From Yuukianura sp. NJ FZ-2021 (taxonomy: Eukaryota), in NCBI GenBank assembly GCA_046563655.1, contig CM102286.1, forward strand, positions 15,252,001 to 15,316,000: a stretch of DNA of 64,000 bases, in the 5' to 3' direction. This document shows positions 44,901 through 57,964 of the stretch, piece by piece. Position 1 is the stretch's first letter; each line of letters begins with the position of its first letter. The translations under genes and the position numbers were made by a program. The notes beneath the pieces are model-generated. The model saw only the letters and a list, made by a program, of their open reading frames with translations, was not told the origin of the DNA and ran no database searches.

Positions 44901-47586
44901 ATTTAATTGATTTATTAAGTGGAATTAGTAATTTGGAATGTTGGTTTGTGCAGTTGGTGGAGACTGAAGAGGGAAAGACGAGGAAGAAGACGAAGCCAAG
45001 ACCGGCTTCAGTCGCTGCTGCTCAAATGGACAGTCATGCTAAACTGCTGACGTGTTCAGGGGGAGTTGGTTCTTGTCCAGTTCACTCGCACAAGGAGAGA
45101 AGTAGTTGGACTTTTTTGTGGCGAGAGGATCAACTGGACCAACTCATTGCCTCTCTCAGTGTCAGAGGCATTCGAGAGAAGGAGTTGAGACAAGTGCTGA
45201 TGGACGAGGCAGGGACGATTCGGGATTTAGTGAAGAAATGTCCAGCGGGGAAGTTGAACCTGGAGAAAGAGTATCCAGAGCTGGCAGAAGGGAAGAAAAC
45301 TAGAGCGACTAAGAGTGGCCTTGATCCCAACCTCAACTACCCTCCGAAAACACCCATCTCCACAATCATGGAACTCCAACTGCGTGACCTCATTCTGGAA
45401 GCAGAGGATAAAATATTCCTAGGCACTCTCGGCTCTCTCAAGGTTACTATTTCTTTTAGTTCTTTTAGTACTTGTTAGTAGTATTCTTTGATTTCAAAGT
45501 TTTGTTTTTGTTAAGTTTCTCCAGTTGAATTGTTGATTTGTAGGTAAAGGATCGTGGTTTGTGGGTGAAGGCGTTGGAAGGACGAGAGTACGATGCTCAG
45601 ACATCAGAACTTTTCTGGGGTGACGAGAAGCGTCAGTGGAAAAGTGTGGAAGGTGGGACAGAGCAGAGTGTGGTGGTGGATTTGTGTTGTGCCATTCTGC
45701 AGTTGGAGCAGAGTGTGGAGCCCAAATTCCTCAAACCTCCGCTGGGAGAAGAAGTGGGTGACAAGAAGAAGAAGGGCGACACTTCAGCCCAATTGCGTCC
45801 GCATTGGGTGGAAGGAAGTCCTCTCAGTCGCTGGGAAACTTCACTCATGCAGTCTACCACCTTCTCACAACTATTCGTTCACTTCTTCACGCTCGGTAAC
45901 CAACAGCATTTCCAAATCAAAACTAAAACTAAAATCCAAAATACTTTTTTGTTTTTCAAAACTGTAATTCAAGTTTATGATTGTGTAGATAAGAGCATCA
46001 GTTGGAACCGATCAGTATTGAATGCCCGGTGCAGAATGTGCAGGAGAAAGGGAGATGCAGAGAACATGCTGCTGTGCGATGGATGCAACAAAGGTGTCCA
46101 TGCCTACTGCTTCAAACCACCAATCGACGTAAGTCAGGAAACAGTCTTATATTTAGTAAAATAAGGAAAGTGTGTCAAGAAATGGTTGTATTTGCAGGAG
46201 ATTCCGAAGGGTGATTGGTTTTGCCTGGACTGCAAACCCCTCCACTGCCCCCCAGCCCCAAACCACGCAAAGGGCGCACTGCTTCCTCTCCAGCAGAAAG
46301 TGAGGATGAGTCCATGCCTGTTTTGGAAGAACAACAAATCCTGAATGAGTTCTGCGTTGTGTGTGGGAATGGAGGTGAAGTGATTTGCTGCGATGGCTGT
46401 CCCACGCTCTACCATCTCCACTGTCTCCATCCCCCCAAACAAAGAGTTCCCCGCGGTCTCTGGTAAAAATTCTCAACTTTCAATTTTTAGTAAATTCATT
46501 ACTTATTTTAACAAATTCATGATTTGTTTCGTTTCAGGTACTGTGACTCTTGCAAGGAGGGGACAGACCGGAAGAATGGACCAGCAACTTCCAAGGCAAC
46601 TTCTTCTGACAGTGAGGAAGAAGATAGCCAGGAATCTTCCGGTAAGTAGTTTTTACTGTGAAAAGCAAAGTACTTGTATCAAAGTTTGGAATTAGGTTAG
46701 GTTACAAACGAAATCATTGATTGTTTTAGTTGAGGAGGAAGAGGAGGAGAGTGTTCCTGTCAAAGTTCGTTTCGGTGCAAGTCCCCGCAAGATTCCTTCT
46801 GCCTCTGAGGCGAGTGATGAGGAAGAGGAGCTGGGTCGAGGGGTGAAGCGGAAGTGTGCGAGCAAGGCGATTCGGAAAATCTCCAAAGTGGCGAAGCGAC
46901 TGCGCGGTGGGTCAAAGGTCAGCAGTGAGAGTGAAGCCAGTTCGTCCGAGTCGAGCCGAGGGCTGGAAGAGGAGTCTTCTGCGCCGGACAGGAAACGAAC
47001 CCGCCTCCAGCGAGGGCAGACAGATCGATGTGGGGATTCGGGTGACCTGGACAACGTTCTTCTGGATAAACTGATGCAGGATCTGATGAGACACGCAGAC
47101 GCATGGCCCTTCTTGAAACCAGTCACGAAACTAGACGTAAGTTTACATTCCAATTGAATGTTGATTGAGTTGATGATTGTGTTTGGTGTTTAGGCGCCTG
47201 ACTACCATGATATTGTCAAGACTCCCATGGACCTCGGAACCATCAAGTACAAGTGAGTTAACATAATTATAAAATATATAATATTTATAATATATTAATT
47301 ATTTGACTTGTGGTTACTTTTTTAGACTAAACTCGATGGTGTACACTTGTAATCAGGAGTTCCTGGCTGATCTCCATTTGGTTTTCCACAATTGCTTCAA
47401 CTACAACGCCCCCACTGCTCCCGTCTTCAAGTAACACAAAACTTCAACTAAAATGTCGCTGTATTAAATAGTTGACTATTTTTTATAAATGTATTTTGTA
47501 TTTCCAGAGCTGGTGAACAATTGAAAGCGTATTGCAAAGGACGTTGTGAGAAGGCAGGCCTTCACTTTGAAGATTACGACGAATGA
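41939..47586 (+). CDS. BAZ1A: Acf1/BAZ1A chromatin-remodelling subunit (WAC, DDT, WHIM, two PHD fingers, bromodomain); apparent 1-bp frameshift near 46240
   Basis: MPLLKRTPF...[21 protein letters not shown] (WAC), [12 protein letters not shown] (WHIM), [24 protein letters not shown] and [17 protein letters not shown] (PHDs), AWPFLKPV...[18 protein letters not shown] (bromodomain). Confidence 0.92.
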
Positions 47587-47885
47587 ACTTTATTTTGTGT
47601 CTCCCCATCGGAAGTGAAAACCTATTTTCCCAAATTAATGCAAGAGAAGAGAGTGTCGCTTTGAAATCAGCAAAGAATCTTAAGAGGAACTGTTAATTTT
47701 AAGTTGTACTTTTACGTTAGTGTATTTAGGAGGTGTTGGAACACTTCCATTGTATCAATCTCTCTCACTAAAGTGGAGAGTGGAATAAAGTGACTGAGTG
47801 CATGATAGTGGGTTGCTTTATTCCTCGTATCAGAATGAAAGTGAGTGGGGCTGGAAGGGCAGTAGTGGTGGGTCGAGTGGAATTC

Positions 47886-49034
<1,149 letters not shown>

Positions 49035-50476
49035 GATTGGAGATGCGGTGCCTGACGACTGAGTTTGTGCTGGATAGTTGGGTAACTGTTGAATCTGTCA
49101 AGGTCACAATGATGGACACGTCTTGCTGTAGTACTGACCAGGGTTCAGTTAATTCACTGATCATAAACAATAACAGTTTTTCCCAGTTTCTGTCTTCTCT
49201 TTTCCTTAAAAGGACAATAATTTAAACACGCCCAACTCCCGCCATTTCCCAGTGATTCACTAGAATAACAATTACTATTACATATAAAATTCAAACTTCA
49301 GAGGCAACTAAACTATTTAGAGGCAACAGTAGAGGCTACCTATGCAACACTGTCACCCACTTTATCGAAGTATAGCATATGGTCACGTAGCAAAAATTAC
49401 ATTAACAGAACTAAAAAATTTATTGAAATAATTGTCAAACAATTAACACTTTTTTTCAGAGATTTATTTTAATTAAAAACCGTTAACTTTGAGCTGATTT
49501 TTTAGCACACTAAAATATTTTGTGTTTCTATTTATTGAAAGTGTTCACAGGCGAAGGCGAGCAATAGTGAAGCGAAAGTAGCAGTTTGTTCAGCCGAATT
49601 ATTTTTCTGGAATTTAAAATTATGGAGTCGGCGCCAATGCTTCAACAAGCGTCCTGCCTTCCTTATGAGCATCAAACTGACTTCTGAGTTTCAACGGAGA
49701 AAGTTATTTTGTCAATTGGAAAGTTGTGCAAACTAATTGACCTTTAACGATTAATTTGAAGCCTAAGTGGCGGTTGATCAGATTCAAACAATTTTCCCCA
49801 ACGTATTTCTTGTCACCTCACCAGAAGAAACACTCACTTCAACATCAACTCCTTGTTTTCGCCTAAAAAACTGCATTTTCAAAACTGCAACCAAAACTAG
49901 AAAGAAAGTAGTGAAAACAATGTGCAGAAAGTGGAATTAGAAAGATTTTGAACCTTGACTTTGATTAAATAACCGAACACAGAAGGAGAACTTGTGTTTT
50001 TAGAGTGGACGAAACCAAAATTGAAAATAAAGTGGAGTCAACTCGCATAGAGTCTCCCTGTTCTCGGGAACTTTTTCCGTTTTCACACTCAAAAATTGAA
50101 GCGTTCCTTACGTAAATGATGTCGGAAAAGCTTGAAAAATGACTTTTTTTTTACATAAAGTTGTTCCAACTGTCAAGAAACAACAACTTCAGCACTAATT
50201 GGCCCATTCAGCCCTATTTTCGGTTAAATAACACGAAAAACGCATTTTTTTAACTTTCATAAGAAAAGGACAAAGGAAGTTTAGGAAAAGAAAGCAGAAA
50301 AAGTGAAATTGAAAAGGTTTTAGAACTTTTACTTAGATTTAAGAAGGGAAACTGCATTAAGAAGATGTGAGTTTAGTCTACAAAAACCAAAATACAGTTG
50401 AAGTGGAGTGACCTCCAAAAGATTCTGCCTGTTCTTTGCAACTTTCTCCGTTTTTTCACTCAAAATATTTGTTTTT

Positions 50477-50950
50477 GGGGGGTTTGGAGTTGGGATGGTC
50501 CCTGCATGCATTTTTTCCATTGCCACCCACTCCCTCCCCCAACATCCAACTCCAAAAGAGTAAAACACTCCTTCGTTCTACTCCTTCCGTCTTCATATAA
50601 AAGGGAAGCTCTACCAATTCTTCTCATTCACTTTGTGGTGTCCTTCGAGAGATGAAGGAAGAGGAGACACAGTTTCCTTATGTGAACAAACGGCATCTGT
50701 TTCTTCTTCACTTATTTTTAATTGCTGTCTCCAATTAACTCTTCTTTTAGTTGATTAATCGATTGAATTATCAATCAAATGATTCGGGGATTAAATGCAT
50801 CAAAATATTGTATTTTGAATTTGTGAAAAGAAGATGTCGGGGGTTTGGAGTTGGGATGGTCCCTCTATGCATTTTTTCCATTGCCCCCTCAGTCTCTCCC
50901 CCAGCCACCAACTCCAAAAGAGTAAGATTCTGCCTCGTTCTACTCCTTGG
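50477..50950. repeat. Diverged direct duplication (~110 bp; 50477-50587 and 50838-50948) of a stem-loop-forming element
   Basis: Both copies contain TTTGGAGTTGG...CCAACTCCAAA followed by AGAGTAA...CTACTCCTT. Confidence 0.8.
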
Positions 50951-52212
50951 AGAGTAGGATTGAGGTGATTTTGGTTTGCGTCTCCTTTTATATGAGACCA
51001 AGACGAGGGCCAACTAGATTCAAGTGCGGACCTCCGGTGTAACAAAAATCCTCCGCAACTTGGTTTTAGTGATTTTGTCTCAAGTTCCGAGTTCCATTGG
51101 AGGCTAATTCTCTGAAAACACGGAAACTGCGGACATGTTATCTCAGCATTAGACACTTTTGTGTTTGAACTTGAGACAAAAGTCCGCCAAATCTTTTCAA
51201 AAATTCAAAAGCTAAAATCAAAACAAAGGAAGCGAACAAAGAAAAGCTTAAGCATTTAGTAGTGTGACTGATTAAAAAACAATTAATTAGTTACTTAGTT
51301 AGTTTGTATGTCAATTAGTTCCGCAATTAGTCGTTAATTAGTATGTTGAGGTGGAGTGTGGAGAATGAAGGAAGTGGAGGAGACGGGAGGTGTCCATGGG
51401 AGGTACCTAGTTGGCCCAAGGTCAAGATGAGGTCACCCATTCCTCCGTCCTTCATCATCGCAAGTCAGAAGTGAGGAAAGTGCCAAAGTGACAGAAGTGT
51501 AAACTTTTGTTTGAAGATCCAAACCCACCCACTACTTCCTTCGTCATCTTCCGCCCACGACCAGTGAGGGATGAAACGCTCAACAGAAATTGCCAAAAAT
51601 CATCAGTTGGCTTTTGGTCTTTGTGCCAAAAGCAACTTCATCTCTCCTCTGCCGCATCACAACCCCGTCAACAAGACATCTTACTACTGTCCAAGTCCAA
51701 AGGCACAACGACCTTCAAAAGTAAGCTTAGTCATAGTTAAATGCTGACAATAGTCAATTGACATAAGAATTCGGTTGAGACCTCTTTAATTAGCCACTCA
51801 TTTGAGGAGTCGAGTGGAGGTCATATTGTGGCCAACTGCTTTAGGAACCACAAGGTTTGACACATTCCCTTCTATGGGATGCTTCCTAATTTGGTCAATT
51901 GGCACAATCCTCCATTGCATTGCATCTCACGCACTCCCACTTTCACTCAAAAAGGAAACAGCCCCATCTACGAAACATCCCAATCAGGTCATGAATGATT
52001 GACCTCACACGCACAGAATAAACCTCATTCCAACCATTCGTGTGGGTGGGTTCGGCTGTTGGGTGACCTGCTTCAGAAGCACTTGGTTTATTGGCCAGTA
52101 GCCAACATCACTCTAAAAATACTCTCCTCTTTTCTCCGACAGGAAGTGAATCCCTTACCACAACTGGGACAGAGCAGCTCTTTTGACGGATAGATCATCA
52201 ATTCCTGGGAGG

Positions 52213-54198
52213 ATGGCGACAGTGAGTAGGACAAGCACAGTGGCCAAGTCCAGTGTCACCGGCGGAGGAGACTGGGACCACAGACTCAGTAAAACTAAAT
52301 ATTCAAACTGAATAACTGATGCTGAATTGTGATTAATTGAATTTGTGCTGTTTCAGATCGACTTCTGGAGGATCTGCAGGGGTCCGTTGTGCCGGAACAA
52401 GGAAAGTCCAGTGGGACGGAATACCGAGAGTATCGAATGACTTCCAGCACTCGCAGCAACGACGATCCTCCAGTCAAAACTGAGGAAAAGTGGGTGGAGT
52501 ATGGGACCAGAGGCACTGAGCCCACTTACCATTCCCATGTCAGAGATCATGGCCACATCACGTCTACTTCATCTTCGTCTTCATCTAGAATCTGCGACAG
52601 AGCAGCGTCCAGAGCTACAACTTCGTATGGAGTGGATCCAGGCCTCAAAGACTCACCAAGGGACCACACGACACAAATAGAGTACTTGACACCAGCAAAT
52701 TCAACGACCTTCATCAGTAAGCGACTGTCACTTTATAACTATTTAAAAGGAACAAAAACTTAACTTACTATTTAAACACAGAATCCGGAAGCAGTTCTTC
52801 TGCAGCTCCACCTTCGGTGGTTCACACGACGTCGCTTTTACCGTCATCTTCACCAAAAGTGGAACGCAAAGAGTTCTACGCCAAGGCTTCTTATACAACA
52901 CTCATCAAAGGAGGAGGAGCAAACGGAATGGAGCCAATTGATCAGCAACACATTCATGATGGAAGTGTAGAACGCTTTGAAAACTTCCCTTCGCTTCAAA
53001 CTGGACAATACTATCCACCACCACCACCAACGCTCTCATCGACCAAAACATCCAGCGAAACACGCAGAGAATATTCACGAACGACGGAACGGAGGGAATC
53101 TCCGGCCAGAACCTTTGAACCGCTGGAGCCACCAATGTACACGCCAACCCAACACTCTTACAGCTCCACCAGAGCCACCCGATTGGAAGAAAATGGAATG
53201 AGAAGCCCAACTCCCCCGCCAGTCGATCCACTCAAAACTCCACCACTCATTCGGAAAATGATGCAGCAGAGTGAGAGCAACTACCGCAAGGAAGTACGCA
53301 CAACTGGAAGAGAACCCATCTCCCACGACATTCAAGCATCAAAGCCACCCTCCACCCAATTCTACACTTCTACCACCACTCGGACAGAAACACGCCAAAG
53401 AGACGGAACTTCACCCGTCAGAACGTTTCCCACACAACAGAAAGTGACTTACGATGGACAACCGCCCAAGAGATTGGAAGAACTCCTCGCCACTTTTGGA
53501 GAGTCATACACCGTAAGCTACAATTCATGTCAAATGTTTAGGTTCTTCACTTTTTTCAAAATTCTGATCCCTTCATAGTTACATTTCTACTAAATTTTCA
53601 AAAAGTATCTCTAAAAGTTGGACTTTAATTTTTTAAAATTGAAGTATCTCTAAAAGTTAGACTTTAATTTTTTAAAATTGAAGTTATCTCTAAAAGTTAG
53701 ACTTTCATTTTTTAAGATTGAAGTATCTGTAAAAGTTAGATTTTAGTTGAATTGTTGAAAAATGAAATTGGTGTAACTGAGATTGTGTTTGCTGTTTAGG
53801 AGACTTCCAAAATCAGCGGAGATGGAGGGGGGCCGTGGAAATCGACCCCCTACGGCCCTGGAACTCAGCAGATTCGGTCTGTTCGTGTGGAGGAGAACAA
53901 CCTGAGTCGCAGTGGGAACTTGGAAGAGCGTGACTCGTTGATCCAGCGGAAAGTGGGTGGGAGTGGGCGTGTGGAATCAGGGCCAGTGGCCCTGTACCCC
54001 CCTGGACCAGTGTTCAAGGGGGAGGAGAGTGCGGAGTTGAGAGGGGGCGACAAGGGGAAGGCGAAGATGAAGATGGACAGGAAGTACGAGGCTGGAGAGA
54101 AGTCCAAGTCCAAGCACTCGGAGAGAGGGGGGCAGGGGGCTGCTCCAGTCCCGGTCTGTCTCCCCATTTGCTGTGCTGCTCCCTGTGTCATCATGTAA
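52213..54198 (+). CDS. Uncharacterised Pro/Thr-rich protein ending in a CaaX box (CCAAPCVIM)
   Basis: Exons ~52213-52288, 52357-~52717, ~52782-53512 and 53800-54198. Motifs WDHRLNRLLEDLQ, PPKRLEELLATF and VALYPPG; the protein ends VPVCLPICCAAPCVIM*. Confidence 0.75.
53600..53745. repeat. ~39-bp intronic tandem repeat, ~4 copies
   Basis: aagtatctctaaaagttagactttaattttttaaaattg repeated. Confidence 0.85.
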
Positions 54199-54432
54199 CT
54201 TGTGTCTGCTGCCCTCTACTAACAATCCTTCCTTTGAGCCAAAGGAAATAAAGACTAACCGGAAGAAGTGGAAGTGTTGCCCACTTTTAATTTGAGGGAC
54301 GGAGGTCCCTTGGATAAAAACTAAGTTTCAAAACCTGCATAAAGTTAAAAGAGTAGTTGGTAGGAACTAAAATTAGAAGAGGATCATTTCGGCGGAAGAA
54401 ACTTCGCCCTGCGACCCCTGTCATTGGGAAGG

Positions 54433-56740
54433 CTAGTGCTTGAGGTCCTTGGTTATGGACAGACTCTTGAGACTTGGTTCGGAGTAAGTCCTGCTCAGCG
54501 GAGTGAGGGACGTTCTCAACTTGTCTTTGCTGATGAAGTAGATTTGGATTTCGTCCAGCGTCTTCCCCTTCGTCTCAGGTACGCACAGGAACACAAATAT
54601 CACACCTATGAAGAGATTGGAATGATTAATTACTGTTTACTATTTATTAGTAGATTATTTATTACCGAAGAAGCAGATGACTCCGAAGATGTAGTAAGTC
54701 TTGTCCACTCCAATGTCATGCTCAAGTGTTTCGAACAGATTCGTCACTCCGAAGCCCAGAACCCATCGAATCATGAGAACACCACAAGATGTCATGCCTG
54801 GAATTAGGATGTAAGTGACACTTGTATTGCTCAAAGTAACTTTCTAACTTTGTAAATTGTTGTTACCTTTGATGTGTGAGGGAACTAGTTCGCCCATCAT
54901 CATGAGGGCGAGAGGCCCAATACCAACAGAATATGCGATGATGAAGACGTTGAGGGCGACTAGCGGCAAAAGACCCAGCTCAGGGTTGACCAACTTGTTC
55001 TTTGTCCCTGCCTCGTACTCGGCCAGAGAGAAGAAAACACCCATGGCAACCAGAGACACGAACATGAAGAACTCAGAGATCATGAGCAGAAGGCGCCTCC
55101 CGCACTTGTCCACAATGAAGGCTGCTGGGATGGTAGCAATCTAACACACATAAATTTATTAGTTATGAATGTAGTATTAATTATTAATGTATTAATGTGA
55201 TAGATGGCGTACCACTTGGACAGCACCCAGGATCATGGTAGACTCTTTGGGGTCGAGACTGCTTCCGGTAGACTCGAAGATGTCCACTGCGTAGAAGATG
55301 ATGGCGTCCACTGCAGACATTGTGTAGAAGAAAAGAACTGCGACGCAGATGAGAATCGGTTTGAGGACGGACAACTTCATCACAACTTTCCTGAAGTTGA
55401 CTGGTTTCGCCTGACTCTCAATTACACTCCGTGTCAGCTGCAAGAAGGAAACATAAAGTAAGTGGAAAAGCGAAATTTGAGTAGGATTTGTCTTACGGTG
55501 TCCACTTCTTCTGCCAGTTCTTCTGCTTCTAGGCCAAAGAACCAAGTGAGAGCTTGTGTCGCTTCTTCCGTTCGGCCTCTTTCGATGAGGAATCTCGGGG
55601 ACTCGGGCACAACGAGCATCATGACGTGACAGATGATGGGCACAATGGCACACGACAGAGCCTACAAGAAGTGTGACGTGAGAGCATGATTTGAGCTGCG
55701 ATGGTTGACGTGACTCACCTGGATCTTGTAGTCGTAATAGGCCCCGATCACGTAACTGAAACCAAACAAACACTTTATCTAATGCTCTTTAGTGTTAATT
55801 GTGCAAGAGAACATTAGGAAATTAAGAGTCCATTCACACGCTAATCAGAGCACGTTTCCAGAACAATGAATTGCGGGGTTACTCACATGTAGAGCATGCC
55901 GACAGACAGCATGAGGTCGAACCCAGCAGCCAACCCTCCTCGGATCTTCACATGCGCAGACTCCGCGATGAACACGGGACTGATGATCGTAAAGGCTCCT
56001 CCGCAGAACCCTAAACCACAGAAAAAGTTAGGAAATGCTCAGCAAGTACTTGTTGAGGCAACTGACCTGTGAGGACTCTGCCCAAGTAAATCGTCTCCAA
56101 GGGGTATGGGGACTTTTCTGCAAATGCGATAAGGAGCCAGCCAAGGACGAAGGGGGCTGTGAGGATGAGCATACTCATTCTTCTTCCATATCTCACCATG
56201 GAATAGCCTGCAGCAGGACATGCCGCCAAAGCTCCCAACTAGACAAACCACAATTACCAAGTGACCTTGTGACCTCTGACCTCCAAACTTACGGTGACAA
56301 TGGATCCAATCCACGCCTCTGCACTCTTGCTAATGTCTCCAATGTCGTCGTCCAACCTTAAACTGGGCAGTGCTACAAAGAGAGAAGAATGAAGAGGCTG
56401 TCACGAAAAGAGAAGAGAAGGGACTCACCTGTGGCACTCCATGCTAAAACTGCTCCCAGAGCAAAGGCCCCCATGTTGGCTAAACAAAGAAGGACGCAAC
56501 TGGAAATGATGAATTGTGATGGAAATGAAGAGAGAAGCATATGGCCTAACCTGCGAGTGCTGCAAAGATCTGCGTCCTCTTCCTCACTCTGACCTTGGGA
56601 GCAACATGGACTTCCACTGCGACGAAGGGGTAGGAGTGCGTTCTGGAGAGCCCTCCAAGGGCCTCCTTCTCAGTCCTCACAAAGGCCTCGTTGTCGAAAC
56701 ACTCTCTTTTGTCCATGACACGGAGGAGATGTGGGGTCAT
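54433..56740 (-). CDS. MFS sugar porter (Tret1-like facilitated trehalose transporter family)
   Basis: Motifs RYGRR, VFIAESA...IRG, VPESPRFL, VDKCGRR, GIGPLALMMMGELVP and VPETKGKTLDEI across about 10 exons. Confidence 0.9.
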
Positions 56741-57756
56741 TTGTACAACTGTTAGAAGGAAAGTGTGGGTTAGAAGGATGCTGGACGGAGACTGCGGCTG
56801 GCACAAGGTGAGTCCCTGTATTTGAGTAAGGGAACTGCTTAATGTTTGTTAAATTATGTATCTACGTAGATCCTCCAGCACCCTCCTCATCTCCATCTCA
56901 TCTCCATATGGCGTCAACTGTGGATCCACCACAAGGTGACACATTCACGTCTTTTGTTGATTTCAACTGCTGTTTAGTAAATGTTTTGTAAACTGGCTCA
57001 ATTAGGCCCAGTTCGTGAACCACATCATTTGCAAATGGAATTAGGGAAATGAGTGAATGGAATTAGTGGAATCCCTCATCTCCATTCCAAATTAGCACTC
57101 GGACATTACCTCAACTAATTTCCTCAACACATCAACCGATTTGCAAATTAATCATCAATAATCAACTGTCTCATTTGGGTTTAAATGCACATTTTCCTTT
57201 GACTATAATGGACATCATGCTGGAATTGAATGGTTGTGTGGTGGACAAGTGCTAAGGAGTGGAGACTTTAATTGGGGGCTAATTGAGTGACATGGAAAGT
57301 GCCAAGTGACACCATCGCTTGACACATTTCCATCACAATGCCCACCTTAAACAGGTTGACGTCAAAGGTTTTTCCGCATTTCAATTACATTGACAAACAT
57401 GTTTAGGAAATTAATCAAATTCATCAAATCAACCACCAATGTTCCCTGGAACTGTTAAAAGTTTCCGGAAACTGATGTGAGGAGTATTTGATGATAAATT
57501 GGATTTGACAAGAATTCTCTCTACTCAATTTCAATTAAATTCCCACTCAAATTGGAAGGAAAGTGGCAAGGTGCTCAGTATTTTTAGACACTTTGTTCTG
57601 GAAAATTCCAGCGACTGTTTAATTTGGAAAGCGGAGTGAGGTGAAGAATAGAAATGAAGGTTGATAATTACCAATTGCCGTTTGTTTGTGCGCAGGAGAT
57701 GGTCCTTATCCAACCATGTCAACTGACACGTCAATGGAGGGACTTTGTGGAATTGC

Positions 57757-57770
57757 GTCGCTATGACAAC
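57757..57770. promoter_or_regulatory. RFX X-box upstream of DRC2
   Basis: GTCGCTATGACAAC matches GTHNYYATRRNAAC and lies ~195 bp before the ATG of a motile-cilium gene. Confidence 0.65.
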
Positions 57771-57964
57771 AGTCTCAAATGGGAAATTGATCAAACAAGG
57801 AAAACAACGTGACTTTGCGGGGGTTGAGAGAGGACTGAAAGGGTAAGTCTAAGTTTAGCCTTCAACCGACTTGTCATTCCTTTGATTTGGGGGACTTAAG
57901 GTAAGGAATTTCCTTGAGTGAGCCCTTGAGTGACCTTTAGTTGTTTGTAGAACAGTTTGGAAGA

